NCBI GenBank assembly: GCA_018696595.1
Contig: JABHQW010000008.1
Span: 320,001-384,000 of the forward strand
Origin: Candidatus Woesearchaeota archaeon
GTDB lineage: Archaea; Nanobdellota; Nanobdellia; Woesearchaeales; GW2011-AR9
Direction of reading: 5' to 3'
Length of the DNA: 64,000 nt
Within the stretch, counting starts at the first letter, position 1; every line of letters begins with the position of its first letter. A model generated the notes under the pieces. That model ran no database searches. It was given only the letters and a program-made list of their open reading frames with translations, and had not been told where the DNA came from. The translations under genes and the position numbers were made by a program. This document shows positions 36,034-45,798 of this stretch, in pieces.

Positions 36034-36367
36034 TTACTTAGCAATCCTCTTAATTCTTGTTGGCTCTTTTATTGGTGCAGTTGGAACTTCAGTAATTAAG
36101 AAAGGAACTAATAAAACCGCTTTCTTCAAATTAATATTTAGTTTTGACATTTGGGTTGGTCTATCTCTTTATGCTTTATCGTTGGTTTTTTACATGGTGG
36201 CGTTAAGACAAGAACATCTTAGTGTCTTATATCCTTTAGTTTCTACTGCTTACATCTGGACAACTTTGTTTGCTGTCAAGTATCTTGGAGAGAAAATGAA
36301 TAAGTTCAAGTGGATGGCTTTGATAGGGATTGTTATTGGGATTATTCTTATTGGTCTTGGTAGTTAA
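36017..36367 (+). CDS. Small DMT/EamA-like four-TM transporter, partner paralog
   Basis: LRQEHLSVLYPLVSTAYIW, LGEKM..KW..L.GI. Confidence 0.8.
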   Translation: MLIVVNYLAILLILVGSFIGAVGTSVIKKGTNKTAFFKLIFSFDIWVGLSLYALSLVFYMVALRQEHLSVLYPLVSTAYIWTTLFAVKYLGEKMNKFKWMALIGIVIGIILIGLGS

Positions 36368-36469
36368 TTTAAGGGGATTATTTAGTTTAACGATGTTAAG
36401 TTTCTTTTCTGTAAGAAAAAATTGCAAAGTAAAATTGAGTGATATTATAACGAAAGAAAATTCAGGCCA

Positions 36470-36763
36470 TTAGCCAATGAGGATATTAATAATAACTAAT
36501 GTAGATATAATCAAAAATACAACAAAAACGGAAACTATAATTGATTTAAGATCGGCGTTAAATTCAGTAAATTTATTTTTATAACGTGCATAATAAGAAA
36601 AAAATAGTAACCCTCCAAATACTCCAATTAAAGTAGATCCCCCATATAGAAACCCCTTATGGTTATTAATAAAAGAATATATGAAAATCCCAATTCCCAT
36701 CACAATTAATACATAACAAGAAATTATGTCATAAACATCTCCAAATAGTTTTGGCTTTTCCAT
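36470..36763 (-). CDS. Hypothetical three-TM protein
   Basis: Three hydrophobic segments. Confidence 0.55.
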   Translation of the reverse strand: MEKPKLFGDVYDIISCYVLIVMGIGIFIYSFINNHKGFLYGGSTLIGVFGGLLFFSYYARYKNKFTEFNADLKSIIVSVFVVFLIISTLVIINILIG

Positions 36764-36870
36764 ATAGGTATTATATGTTATGTTTATTAATAAATCTTTT
36801 GACTATTGGGGTCAGAATCTTTCAAGTAATATTCAATGTGAAGAAATTTAAACTTAGTAACTATTTTCAA

Positions 36871-37362
36871 CTACCGTTTAAGAACCAACTTATCAAAAAC
36901 ATAAGGTAGAATAAAAGCCACTGCAAATACTACCGCAATCAACCATGGATTATGTTCAACGTTATCAACATTTAAGTCTCTAATAAATCTGTTAGAAACT
37001 AGAACCATTGTAATCATATTTGCAAGTGTAAGTATAGGTATGATGATCGCAGCAAGAACATGATGTCTTCTCTGTAAATGGCCAATGTCATTAACTAAGA
37101 AATTATATAAGAAACCAACAGTTCCTGCCAACAAGACAATCGTAGTAAACAGAATCCATTTGTTTAAAACAATTAAGAAAGGAATTAATACTAATGAAAC
37201 AATAAGATTGGCAAAGATAATTACTATTAATGCACTCCAAAAAACTATTTTTGAAAAATGAGTATCATATGCTTTTTCTTTGTCTAAAATATTTTCTGTA
37301 TCTCTAATCTCTTTTTCGGTCCAACCTTTCTCTTGCAACTCTTTTTTTTTAATTACTTTCAT
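36871..37362 (-). CDS. Hypothetical membrane protein overlapping the minD stop
   Basis: Charged N-terminus plus four TM segments; ATGA overlap with minD. Confidence 0.7.
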   Translation of the reverse strand: MKVIKKKELQEKGWTEKEIRDTENILDKEKAYDTHFSKIVFWSALIVIIFANLIVSLVLIPFLIVLNKWILFTTIVLLAGTVGFLYNFLVNDIGHLQRRHHVLAAIIIPILTLANMITMVLVSNRFIRDLNVDNVEHNPWLIAVVFAVAFILPYVFDKLVLKR

Positions 37363-38081
37363 GGTTTTAATTTTGAATGGAAGTCAATGAATTCTGCAAT
37401 TTTTCTAAATTCTTTTCCAGATCTTGATTTTGGGTAAAGGTAAGTCAAAGGAGCTTGTTTATGTAACGACTTTCTCATTTTACGATCATGTTTGATGTTA
37501 GCAATAATCGGGTGACCTAAAATATTGGCTACTTCTTCTGCTTTCATTTCATTTCTACCATTATTGCTCATGTTCAAGACAACCCCAGAAATAATATTAT
37601 CATTTGCTTTAGCTAATTGAATCGTTTTAAGTGCATCCATCACTGAACTTAAGTTAGGATTAACAACAATTAAAACTTCATCACTATTTTTTAACACTTG
37701 ATTCACTTCATAACCTAGGCCAGATGGTGCATCAATTAAGACAAAATCTGCGTGGTCATCTAAATGTTCAAATACTTCGGTTAACTTTTGAGGATTAGTT
37801 TTTTGATATTCTGCATATGATGGTGAAGAAGGAATTAATGAAACTCCACTTTCATGTAAATGGGTTACTTCCTGAATGCTTTTTTCTTTTCTTAGAAATT
37901 GGTTTAATGTTCCTTTTGGATCTAGAATTCCTAATTGTAATGATAAATTAGGAGTTACTAAATTTGCATCTAATAAAAGAACTTTTCTCCCTAATTGGTT
38001 TAGTGCAAAACCTAAATTAAGAGTACTTGTAGTTTTACCCACTCCTCCTTTTCCTGAGACTAAAGCAATAAATCTTGTCAT
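37359..38081 (-). CDS. minD: Archaeal MinD/ParA-family ATPase
   Basis: Deviant Walker A SGKGGVGKTT, LDAN, IDAPSG, GVVLN. Confidence 0.88.
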   Translation of the reverse strand: MTRFIALVSGKGGVGKTTSTLNLGFALNQLGRKVLLLDANLVTPNLSLQLGILDPKGTLNQFLRKEKSIQEVTHLHESGVSLIPSSPSYAEYQKTNPQKLTEVFEHLDDHADFVLIDAPSGLGYEVNQVLKNSDEVLIVVNPNLSSVMDALKTIQLAKANDNIISGVVLNMSNNGRNEMKAEEVANILGHPIIANIKHDRKMRKSLHKQAPLTYLYPKSRSGKEFRKIAEFIDFHSKLKP

Positions 38082-38166
38082 TGGACCATACCTCTCTTTA
38101 ATATCTTATTAAAATAGTTTAGAGTATTTAATGTTTTCTCTATCCTAACTGGTATAATCTAGAATC

Positions 38167-38646
38167 TTAATCTTCTTCTTCTTTTTTACCATTAACTAAT
38201 TCCCAAGAATAATTAAAGAAGTTATGGACAAATTTTTCACAATTAGTCAAATTATCAATATTTACTTCTCCTGTGGAATTCTTTAATCTAACAATTAAGG
38301 TAACATGTCTACGATATTCTCTTCTTCTTTCGTAGGGTAGTTTTAAAACGGTTTTCAAGAAGGAGTAAAATGAGAGGTATTTTTGCATTTTGGCATCATC
38401 ATTGTAAATCTCTGCCAATCTTGTCGATCGCAAGGCCGGACTTTTTGGCAAAGCAGCAATCTTTTTTTCATCTTTAGCTTTAATTAACAATGCTTCTATA
38501 ATCAGATTATAAATGTCAAGCAATCTACTCACAGCATTAATTATCACATCAACTGTTCTAGTATATTTTAAGCTTACGTAGATAATATGTTCAAGCCGCT
38601 TGAGTTCTTCTCTTGCTTCTAAAAGGTATTCATTTATATGTTCCAT
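38167..38646 (-). CDS. Hypothetical helical protein, remote paralog of 14248-14754
   Basis: ATG at 38646 (MEHINEYLLEAREEL...). Confidence 0.65.
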   Translation of the reverse strand: MEHINEYLLEAREELKRLEHIIYVSLKYTRTVDVIINAVSRLLDIYNLIIEALLIKAKDEKKIAALPKSPALRSTRLAEIYNDDAKMQKYLSFYSFLKTVLKLPYERRREYRRHVTLIVRLKNSTGEVNIDNLTNCEKFVHNFFNYSWELVNGKKEEED

Positions 38647-38710
38647 ATGTTTCGGGAATACTTGGAAAGACATACTTCTTTTTATGCTTTTCTGTTTGGG
38701 CTGATATAAA

Positions 38711-40495
38711 TTAGCCTACACCCCAAACTGGGTTGTCTTTTCTTTTAATCTCAGCAACTTCTTTAAGAACTTCAATTTCCATTTTAGATAGATGTTTTTT
38801 CAATTCTTTCAACTTTTTGAAATCATTTTCTGGAATGTCCGTATAAAGAAAGTCACCTTCTTCAACTTGTCTACCTAAAGTGACACCATCCATGGACATG
38901 GCCATTTGTTTACCTTGTTGGGCTAAAGAAATATTATCTTTACCTTCTTGCATACTTTTAGCAGAAGTTATTTGCTTTCCTTGCATATTCATAATTGGGT
39001 CGCCAGTTTTAATCTGGCCAATTTCAATCTCTACTCCCACAATTGCAGGATTACTTTGTCTAAATGTGTAACCCTTCAATACTGCAAATTTACATGGTCT
39101 AACTAATTTTGCAAGATTTTCGACTTCAATTGTTCTTTTTAATTTCTCCCGATATTCTTCATATTCTTCGATAGTTCGATAAATTACATTGTGATTAATA
39201 ATTTTCAACTTCTTGGCTTTAGCTAATTCTTCAATCTCTTCCGGGACTTTAATATTAAATCCCAGGATCACTGCGCTAAATTGGTCTTTTTCTTGTAAAG
39301 ATTCAAGTTTAGAAAGATCTTTTTTGCTTATATCTCCTAACGAAGCAGACGATACAGGTATTTCTTTTTCTTGCAATAAGTTTCTTAATGCTTCTAGCCC
39401 TCCGATAGTATCTGCTTTAACAATTACCCCAACGCATTCATCACATTCTACCATGATTTCGCCAACTTCTTCTTGTACTTCTTGTTTTAATGCTTCAACT
39501 TCTTCTTTAGATGAACAACTTCTGATTGGCATTCCTGAGATGGCCCCATCTAAGCCCGGAGCAGAAATTTTTACACCAGTTGCAGCTGCAACTTCTTTAA
39601 CATTTTTGAATTTACTTTTCTTTTCTCTCATTTCGGCAAGTTCTGCTGGTTCTAATAATGCACGAACTTTAACAACGATTGGCTGGTCTATTCCACCAAT
39701 TACTAATTGATCATTAACTTTTAATTGGCCGTTGTAAATAATTGCATCTAAGGTTGTTCCTAATCCTTTTTCTTCTTTAACTTCTAAGATCGTGCCTTTA
39801 CAATTTCCTGTTTCTTCAATTTCTAATTTTTTCTCTAAGAACTTTTGTGCGAGTCCGGTAAGGACCATTAAAATTTCCGGAATTCCTTGGCCAGTTTCTG
39901 CAGAGACAGGAACAATAGCAATTTGTTTAGTATAATCTTCCACTCGATCAAACCGTTCTGATTGTAAACCCAGTTCAGAGAATTTTCCAACCAGTTCATA
40001 CATTTTTTTCTCAAAATCTCCTTGGATGTTCGAGTTAAGAGCTTGAATATTTTGTAATAATAATTTGTTTTTGTCATATTGCCAACCGTGAATCAGATCA
40101 ACTTTATTTGCAGCAACAATGAACGGAACTTTGTTGGCTTTAAGAATTTCAATAGATTCAATTGTTTGCGGTTTAAACCCTTCGTTAATATCTACAATTA
40201 ATATGGCGATGTCTGCTAAACTTCCGCCTCTTTTTCTTAAACTGGTGAAGGCAGCGTGACCTGGTGTATCAATAGCTAACAAACCAGGAACCGTAAGATT
40301 TCCTTTCATAGCATCTAATAATGTTCCACAAATCTTTTGAATAGTTTCGATAGGAATAATTGAAACACCAATTGCTTGAGTGATTCCTCCTGCTTCTCCT
40401 CTGATAACTGCAGTTTGTCTAATTTTATCTAGTAAAGATGTTTTTCCATGATCTACGTGTCCGACTACTGTTAATAATACCTTTCTAGTTGCCAT
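38711..40495 (-). CDS. infB: Translation initiation factor aIF5B (IF-2)
   Basis: GHVDHGKTSLLD, GGITQAIG, DTPGHAAF..LRKRGG, NKVD, KADTIGGLEAL. Confidence 0.97.
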   Translation of the reverse strand: MATRKVLLTVVGHVDHGKTSLLDKIRQTAVIRGEAGGITQAIGVSIIPIETIQKICGTLLDAMKGNLTVPGLLAIDTPGHAAFTSLRKRGGSLADIAILIVDINEGFKPQTIESIEILKANKVPFIVAANKVDLIHGWQYDKNKLLLQNIQALNSNIQGDFEKKMYELVGKFSELGLQSERFDRVEDYTKQIAIVPVSAETGQGIPEILMVLTGLAQKFLEKKLEIEETGNCKGTILEVKEEKGLGTTLDAIIYNGQLKVNDQLVIGGIDQPIVVKVRALLEPAELAEMREKKSKFKNVKEVAAATGVKISAPGLDGAISGMPIRSCSSKEEVEALKQEVQEEVGEIMVECDECVGVIVKADTIGGLEALRNLLQEKEIPVSSASLGDISKKDLSKLESLQEKDQFSAVILGFNIKVPEEIEELAKAKKLKIINHNVIYRTIEEYEEYREKLKRTIEVENLAKLVRPCKFAVLKGYTFRQSNPAIVGVEIEIGQIKTGDPIMNMQGKQITSAKSMQEGKDNISLAQQGKQMAMSMDGVTLGRQVEEGDFLYTDIPENDFKKLKELKKHLSKMEIEVLKEVAEIKRKDNPVWGVG

Positions 40496-40548
40496 GTATA
40501 TAGAATTAGTCGAATATTTTTTAAAGGTTTCTTATATTATTTCTTTAT

Positions 40549-41670
40549 ATGAAACTAATCACAGAACAAACAACGAAAATCAAAGCGACTCTCCCAACAA
40601 GAGATGCTACTAAGAAACAAGAAGTATTCTATAATCCGTTGATGAAGTCTAATCGAAACCTCTCGATTGTGTTACTTAATTCTATTTCAAATAAAGAGAT
40701 GGGTTTAGCTTTACCTCTGGCTGGTTCAGGAATCCGGGGATTAAGATTTCTTAAAGAACTTAAGAAAGGAAAACTGAATCACCTTTATCTTAATGATAGA
40801 AAAGAAACTTTTGAGAAAACTATTAAAGAAAATTTAAAATTAAACTCTCTAAAAACAAATAAAATAAACATCTCCACACAAGATGCTGAACAGTTTCTAT
40901 TAAGTCAACATTGTGACGAATCATGTGGATACATGGATTACATTGATATTGATCCATTCGGAACTCCTAATCCTTTCATTAGCGTTGCAGTAAACAAAAT
41001 CAAACGTAATGGGATTTTAGCGATAACAGCAACAGACACTGCCGCTTTAACCGGAACATATCCCAAAGTTACTAAAAGAAAATATTGGGCGAGATCTTTA
41101 CGTAATTATATGATGCACGAGATTGGATTAAGAATTCTAATTAGAAAAGTACAGTTACAAGGAATTCAGTTTGATAAAGCAATGGTTCCAATTCTAGCTT
41201 ATCATAAAGATCATTATTTTCGAATATACTTTAGAAGTGAGAAAGGCAAAGAGAAATGTGACGAATTAATCAAACACCATCAATACTTATTGTTTTGTCC
41301 GCAGTGCCTAAATCATAAGGCATCTAATTATAATCTAGGGAAATGTGAATGCGTATCTAATTTTGATCGTGCTGGTCCTCTTTGGACTGGAAAGTTGTTT
41401 GATTCAAAGTTAATTGCCAAAATGGCTAAGAATAATCCTTTTCCAGAAGAACAAAAGTTTCTCGACTTGTTAAAAGGAGAATCCAAGAAAGATATGGTTG
41501 GCTTTTATGATTTACATGTGATTGGCAAGAAGTACAAGTTAGAGCCAAAGAAGATGGATTTAATGTTAAAGAAACTTAAGGGAGTTAGAACACACTTTTC
41601 TAAGAATGGCGTTAAGACTGATAAAGGGATTAAAGAAATAATTAGAAAAATAAAAGAAAATAAAAAATAA
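40549..41670 (+). CDS. trm1: tRNA (guanine26-N2)-dimethyltransferase
   Basis: VFYNP.M..NR, AGSGIRGLRF, IDIDPFGTP, ITATDTA.L.G, AGPLWTG. Confidence 0.93.
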   Translation: MKLITEQTTKIKATLPTRDATKKQEVFYNPLMKSNRNLSIVLLNSISNKEMGLALPLAGSGIRGLRFLKELKKGKLNHLYLNDRKETFEKTIKENLKLNSLKTNKINISTQDAEQFLLSQHCDESCGYMDYIDIDPFGTPNPFISVAVNKIKRNGILAITATDTAALTGTYPKVTKRKYWARSLRNYMMHEIGLRILIRKVQLQGIQFDKAMVPILAYHKDHYFRIYFRSEKGKEKCDELIKHHQYLLFCPQCLNHKASNYNLGKCECVSNFDRAGPLWTGKLFDSKLIAKMAKNNPFPEEQKFLDLLKGESKKDMVGFYDLHVIGKKYKLEPKKMDLMLKKLKGVRTHFSKNGVKTDKGIKEIIRKIKENKK

Positions 41671-41673
41671 ACT

Positions 41674-41925
41674 TCACATGAAATGTTTTCTCATGTACGG
41701 ACATGCGAAGAAACTCACATTAATTAACACTACCATTATTGCTGATGCTAACCATAAATTTACCTCTGCTTGCATTATATACAATACATAATAGAAGAAG
41801 AAATATAATCCCGCTTCAGATACAATTGTCCAGAACCAACATGAACTGCTACAACATCCACTAGAACATGTTTTACCAACAGCTTTTGGTGCTGCTTTTT
41901 TTATCACTCTTTTTTTCTTTTCCAT
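41674..41925 (-). CDS. Small two-TM protein with a Cys/Ser cluster
   Basis: TCSSGCCSSSCW precedes two hydrophobic segments. Confidence 0.6.
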   Translation of the reverse strand: MEKKKRVIKKAAPKAVGKTCSSGCCSSSCWFWTIVSEAGLYFFFYYVLYIMQAEVNLWLASAIMVVLINVSFFACPYMRKHFM

Positions 41926-41983
41926 GAATTATCACCTATACTTAAGAAATCTTTAAAGTTTAAAATATTTTCTAAAATTTTGA

Positions 41984-42361
41984 TTAAACCTCTTTTGTTT
42001 CCATGTTTAGTTCAGCCGCATATTCTTCAATTAATTTTTTAGTTTCAGCAACTAATTCTTTACTAATGAATTTTGGATCATGACTTACCTTTACTAGAAC
42101 TTCTTTTATATCTTTGGGATTATTAAGACCAATAAAAATTCTGGCTGTTGCAAAACTATACCAGTGCTTTTTTGGTGGGATGTACATCACACCTACACGA
42201 CGTTCTGTTTCAAGGTGCCCATATATCTCTAACTCTCCTTCCTGAAATTTTAATGAAACTTTTTCTGCAACTTTCTTTACTAAAAGAATCATTTTATATC
42301 GTAAATCTTCTTTAGGGAATTTCACTTCACCTATTAAATCAACTACTTTTGCTTTTCCCAT
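41984..42361 (-). CDS. Hypothetical protein
   Basis: 125-aa ORF with a ggtgg SD-like site. Confidence 0.6.
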   Translation of the reverse strand: MGKAKVVDLIGEVKFPKEDLRYKMILLVKKVAEKVSLKFQEGELEIYGHLETERRVGVMYIPPKKHWYSFATARIFIGLNNPKDIKEVLVKVSHDPKFISKELVAETKKLIEEYAAELNMETKEV

Positions 42362-42440
42362 TTTTCCACCTTTTTTATTTTATATACTTAACACTAACAA
42401 TTAGTTATTTTTGGATAAAAAGAATAAGAATATAAAAATT

Positions 42441-42719
42441 TCATCCCAAAGCCAGATCCATCTTTGCAATTTCTGCAGATTGAACACCTTCGATTTCGCC
42501 CATCTTAGCGGCGGTACCATCAAAGTCTCCACCTTCTACTTCATACATTGCTAGAACCATAACTGCTTTCAAACCGAAAGCGATTGGTTCAATTTTAGAT
42601 TGCATCTGTCCAATAGAACCTGCTTCTTCAGCAATTTTCATGGCTTTCTCTTTGATTGGTTCTAAATCTACATCAACAGATTCGGGCATTAATTTAAATG
42701 TAATAATTGCTTTTCCCAT
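42441..42719 (-). CDS. ef1b: Elongation factor aEF-1beta
   Basis: FKLMPESVDVDL, EPIAFGLKA, GVQSAEI. Confidence 0.93.
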   Translation of the reverse strand: MGKAIITFKLMPESVDVDLEPIKEKAMKIAEEAGSIGQMQSKIEPIAFGLKAVMVLAMYEVEGGDFDGTAAKMGEIEGVQSAEIAKMDLALG

Positions 42720-42732
42720 AATTATTCACCTC

Positions 42733-42903
42733 TTAATTTGGCCCTTCGAATTCACAACTAGGACACTTGTACTTTACTGCATTAACACGACAATTACCAC
42801 ATCGAACAATTTCAAACTTACCACAGTTAGGGCAAGTAAATGTTGCATTGCCTTGGTCGTTAGCAACTTTCTTTTTACATGACATACAATGTTTTTCTTC
42901 CAT
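42733..42903 (-). CDS. Small multi-CxxC zinc-finger protein (DUF1610-like) upstream of ef1b; not in ORF track
   Basis: Translated by hand: MEEKHCMSCKKKVANDQGNATFTCPNCGKFEIVRCGNCRVNAVKYKCPSCEFEGPN*. The position before aEF-1beta is typical of archaea. Confidence 0.88.
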   Translation of the reverse strand: MEEKHCMSCKKKVANDQGNATFTCPNCGKFEIVRCGNCRVNAVKYKCPSCEFEGPN

Positions 42904-42979
42904 ATTAAAAACCTCTGATTGTTATTGTAGTTTCAAATTGGTCCTGTTTTATAAATATTGTGATGAAACAGATAAGAAG

Positions 42980-44029
42980 TTAGATTTTCATTAAAGGATA
43001 TTTCTTTTCATCCACTTTAGCTTTTTTCATAATCTTGCGGATATTGTTCATGGTTTTTCTATTCTGTTGTTTCTTTTTGTATTCTTGTTGATAACGATAA
43101 AATCTTCTGACTATTTCCTCTTTAGATGCTTTTTTAACAATCTTGTCATCAACAATTCCTGCTTTAACCATATTTACCCCCATATCAGTTGGGGAATGAT
43201 ATTGATTAATGTAGTTATCCTTTAGGGTAATTGCTTTAATCATTTTTTTAAGAATCCAAAAGTTTTCTATGTCTCTATTATAATTGACAACCTCCTTCTG
43301 ATAATATTTTAAGTGATAGGGGTCAATAATATTCTTATCCCCCAAATCAGCAGTGGCAGCTTCATAAGCAATATTTAATGGGTGATCTATAGGCATATTC
43401 CAGACCGGAAATGTTTCGAATTTAGCATACCCTGCATTAATTCCTTGAGATTGTTCATTAAATAATTGAGCAATACAAACTGCCATTTTTCCACTATTGC
43501 CTCCTGTGCCAGTAACGATGACTAATGGTTGTTTTGTTTTAATAAATGGCTTTTTTGGCAAGCCTTCTTTACTTAATAGTTTTTTCATATTCTTGGGATA
43601 ACCAGCCACTTTTGGATGCAAATAAACTTTCTCTCCTGTTTTTTTTAATTTATCTCTGAACTTCAATGCTTTCTTTTCATTTTCATATAACGTAATAACA
43701 ATCGCAGAAACATTCAATCCTTGATTTCTGATTTCACGAATTTCGTTTAGTGCTTGGGAATCGTAAGTTAACCCAGTATCTTGTCTAATTTTGCCTCTTT
43801 CAATGTCTTTTGCGCTAATACAATAAATTACTTCTAAGTTTTTTAGTTTTTTTAGGAGTTGAACTTTTGCATCAGCTTCATATCCAGGAAGAACTCGAGA
43901 TGCATGTCCATCATAAAGAAGTTTTCCACCAAACTCTAAATATAGCTTATTGTCAAATTTAGAAAGTCTTTCTTTAATCGCTTTTGTTTGCGCTATTAAA
44001 TATTTCTTAGTACTAAAACCCCTTTTCAT
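42980..44029 (-). CDS. DUF1846 (UPF0371)-like protein, short form
   Basis: NKLYLEFGGKL..D.HASRVLPG, GNSGKMAVC, GYAKFETFPVWN...HP.N.AYEAATADL, SPTDMGVNM. Confidence 0.8.
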   Translation of the reverse strand: MKRGFSTKKYLIAQTKAIKERLSKFDNKLYLEFGGKLLYDGHASRVLPGYEADAKVQLLKKLKNLEVIYCISAKDIERGKIRQDTGLTYDSQALNEIREIRNQGLNVSAIVITLYENEKKALKFRDKLKKTGEKVYLHPKVAGYPKNMKKLLSKEGLPKKPFIKTKQPLVIVTGTGGNSGKMAVCIAQLFNEQSQGINAGYAKFETFPVWNMPIDHPLNIAYEAATADLGDKNIIDPYHLKYYQKEVVNYNRDIENFWILKKMIKAITLKDNYINQYHSPTDMGVNMVKAGIVDDKIVKKASKEEIVRRFYRYQQEYKKKQQNRKTMNNIRKIMKKAKVDEKKYPLMKI

Positions 44030-44064
44030 AGAGGAAATGTTTTTTAGTTATTTAAATAACTTTC

Positions 44065-45162
44065 TTACTTCTCTTCAACAATAACTTTATTTCCTTCAAT
44101 CTTAAAACCAACTTCTAAGAAATGTTCGGTAACATAAATATTTGTTTTTGTGTGGTTACTAATTTCTCTGGTAAGAATTTCTGAATTTGGTAACAAAGCC
44201 ATAAACTGAATTAACTGATCTGCCAGGTTTCTATCAACGGCAGTGTCAGAAGAGATCTCTTTCTTTAACATCTCTGCGGCTTCTTTCCCAATTACTTCAG
44301 ATAGTTTACCTTTCTCCACTAAAGCATCTCCTCCTAGAATTACAGGATTATCAAAGTCCACTTTACCACCTAAACTAAAAATTCCCCAAAGAACAATCTC
44401 TCCTCCAATAGAAAGGGTATTTGCATATTCTACTCGTAAGTTCATTGGAACTTTATAATCTCGTAACAAATTTTCTGCAGACTTTTTAATTCTCTCACCT
44501 ATTTCTTTGTCTTCTAATTCTGATGACAGATTAACTATTCCGCGGATTTGTTCTAATTCTCCTTGAGAAACTAATTTTATTTTTGCTGTTCTAAAATTCA
44601 AATCTTCATAAAACTGTGCAAAGTTATCATAATCATTTAATTTAAATCTTGGATTAATCATCAGATGAACTTCCCCGCCACCTTTTGGATAGTACCCTTT
44701 CTTAATAACTTTTAATTCAATTTTTTCAACTAACCTTTGCAAGTGTGGAAGTAAAATATTTTGTAAGTAATATACAGAAGCTTGCCATTTACCACAAGTT
44801 CCGCCTTTAATTTTCAAAGTAACTTTTCCTGGTGCAAATAAACAAGGAAGAATTATTGCTTGTAAGAATAGAGTAATACTTCCTGCTGTGCCAATATCAA
44901 CTTCATAAACTCCTCTTTTAATTTTTCCTGGGTGATACCAAAATTCTTTTGTGCCTAATTCTACTTCAGAAGTTTTTGCTCCACAAATTTCTTTCAGGGT
45001 CTTAATAGCATGAAGATGTTGCGGTTTTAATCCGCCTTTGTCACCTTTACCTGCTCTGATTTTGTCAACAGAAAACGGTTTTCCAGTTAGTGTAGAAAGT
45101 GCAAGAGCAGTTCTAACTAATGCTCCTCCTCCAGATCCGTATGCGCCATCTAGTTTAATCAT
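44065..45162 (-). CDS. rtcA: RNA 3'-terminal phosphate cyclase
   Basis: LDGAYGSGGGALVRTALALS, IRAG, GL.PQHL, GTAGSITL, GYYPKGGG, HTKTN (catalytic His). Confidence 0.93.
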   Translation of the reverse strand: MIKLDGAYGSGGGALVRTALALSTLTGKPFSVDKIRAGKGDKGGLKPQHLHAIKTLKEICGAKTSEVELGTKEFWYHPGKIKRGVYEVDIGTAGSITLFLQAIILPCLFAPGKVTLKIKGGTCGKWQASVYYLQNILLPHLQRLVEKIELKVIKKGYYPKGGGEVHLMINPRFKLNDYDNFAQFYEDLNFRTAKIKLVSQGELEQIRGIVNLSSELEDKEIGERIKKSAENLLRDYKVPMNLRVEYANTLSIGGEIVLWGIFSLGGKVDFDNPVILGGDALVEKGKLSEVIGKEAAEMLKKEISSDTAVDRNLADQLIQFMALLPNSEILTREISNHTKTNIYVTEHFLEVGFKIEGNKVIVEEK

Positions 45163-45196
45163 AATAAGTTAGAATTCATTATTGTTATTTAATATT

Positions 45197-45520
45197 TTAG
45201 TAAAATCCGTCATTATCTATGTGGATCTTAATATTTTCTGCAGAAATTTTTACTGAAGCACAATGTCCGTCTATGCCTCTAATCCCTTCTATCTTTTTAA
45301 CTAACTTTATTGCTTCGTCTGAATCAATATCTTTAATTGAAATAATATCAGCAGGTTTAATCTTGGCATGTTCTCTTATTGACATGATGAGGTGATATTT
45401 ATTTTCTTTTTCATATGGAGTTCTTTCTTCGTCAAAAATGCTGAGGTCAATTTCTAGGTTAACTTTATCAGGTAATAATTTCCTGACTTCTTCTTCCTCA
45501 AAAAATTTGCCATATGTCAT
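45197..45520 (-). CDS. Hypothetical protein
   Basis: 107-aa ORF with a TATA box upstream on the - strand. Confidence 0.55.
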   Translation of the reverse strand: MTYGKFFEEEEVRKLLPDKVNLEIDLSIFDEERTPYEKENKYHLIMSIREHAKIKPADIISIKDIDSDEAIKLVKKIEGIRGIDGHCASVKISAENIKIHIDNDGFY

Positions 45521-45606
45521 AATAAAGATTTTTTAAACACTTATATTTAAATTTTTAGTTTTAAAACAAAAAACTTAATAAATGAACTTAGTTCTTAGTT
45601 GTTTGT

Positions 45607-45743
45607 GGGGACATAGTATAACCTGGCTAGTATAGGAGCCTCCAGTAATGGAGAGTTGAGTCTTACGGCGATGATAAACTTTTCCTGAAGCAAGCTTTAG
45701 ATCTGGGTTCGAATTTGTAAAAACGAAAGTCCCAGTGTCCCCA
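45607..45743 (+). tRNA. trnW: tRNA-Trp(CCA) with a 47-nt intron at 37/38 (45646-45692) and a 16-nt T-loop intron at 59/60 (45714-45729)
   Basis: Acceptor GGGGACA/TGTCCCC, anticodon arm GGAGC-CT-CCA-G^A-GCTTT, T arm CTGGG-TTCGAA^T-CCCAG; BHB ttcg/cgaa with aat and agt bulges. Confidence 0.9.
45646..45692 (+). ncRNA. tRNA-Trp intron with box C/D guide-like features
   Basis: tggag guide before TTGA (D'-like), short gtc/ggc stem, ATGATAA (C'-like), CTGA (D). Confidence 0.65.
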
Positions 45744-45798
45744 CTCTTTTCTTTCTACAAAACATATATAAACTAATTTCATTTAATTATCCATAGTA

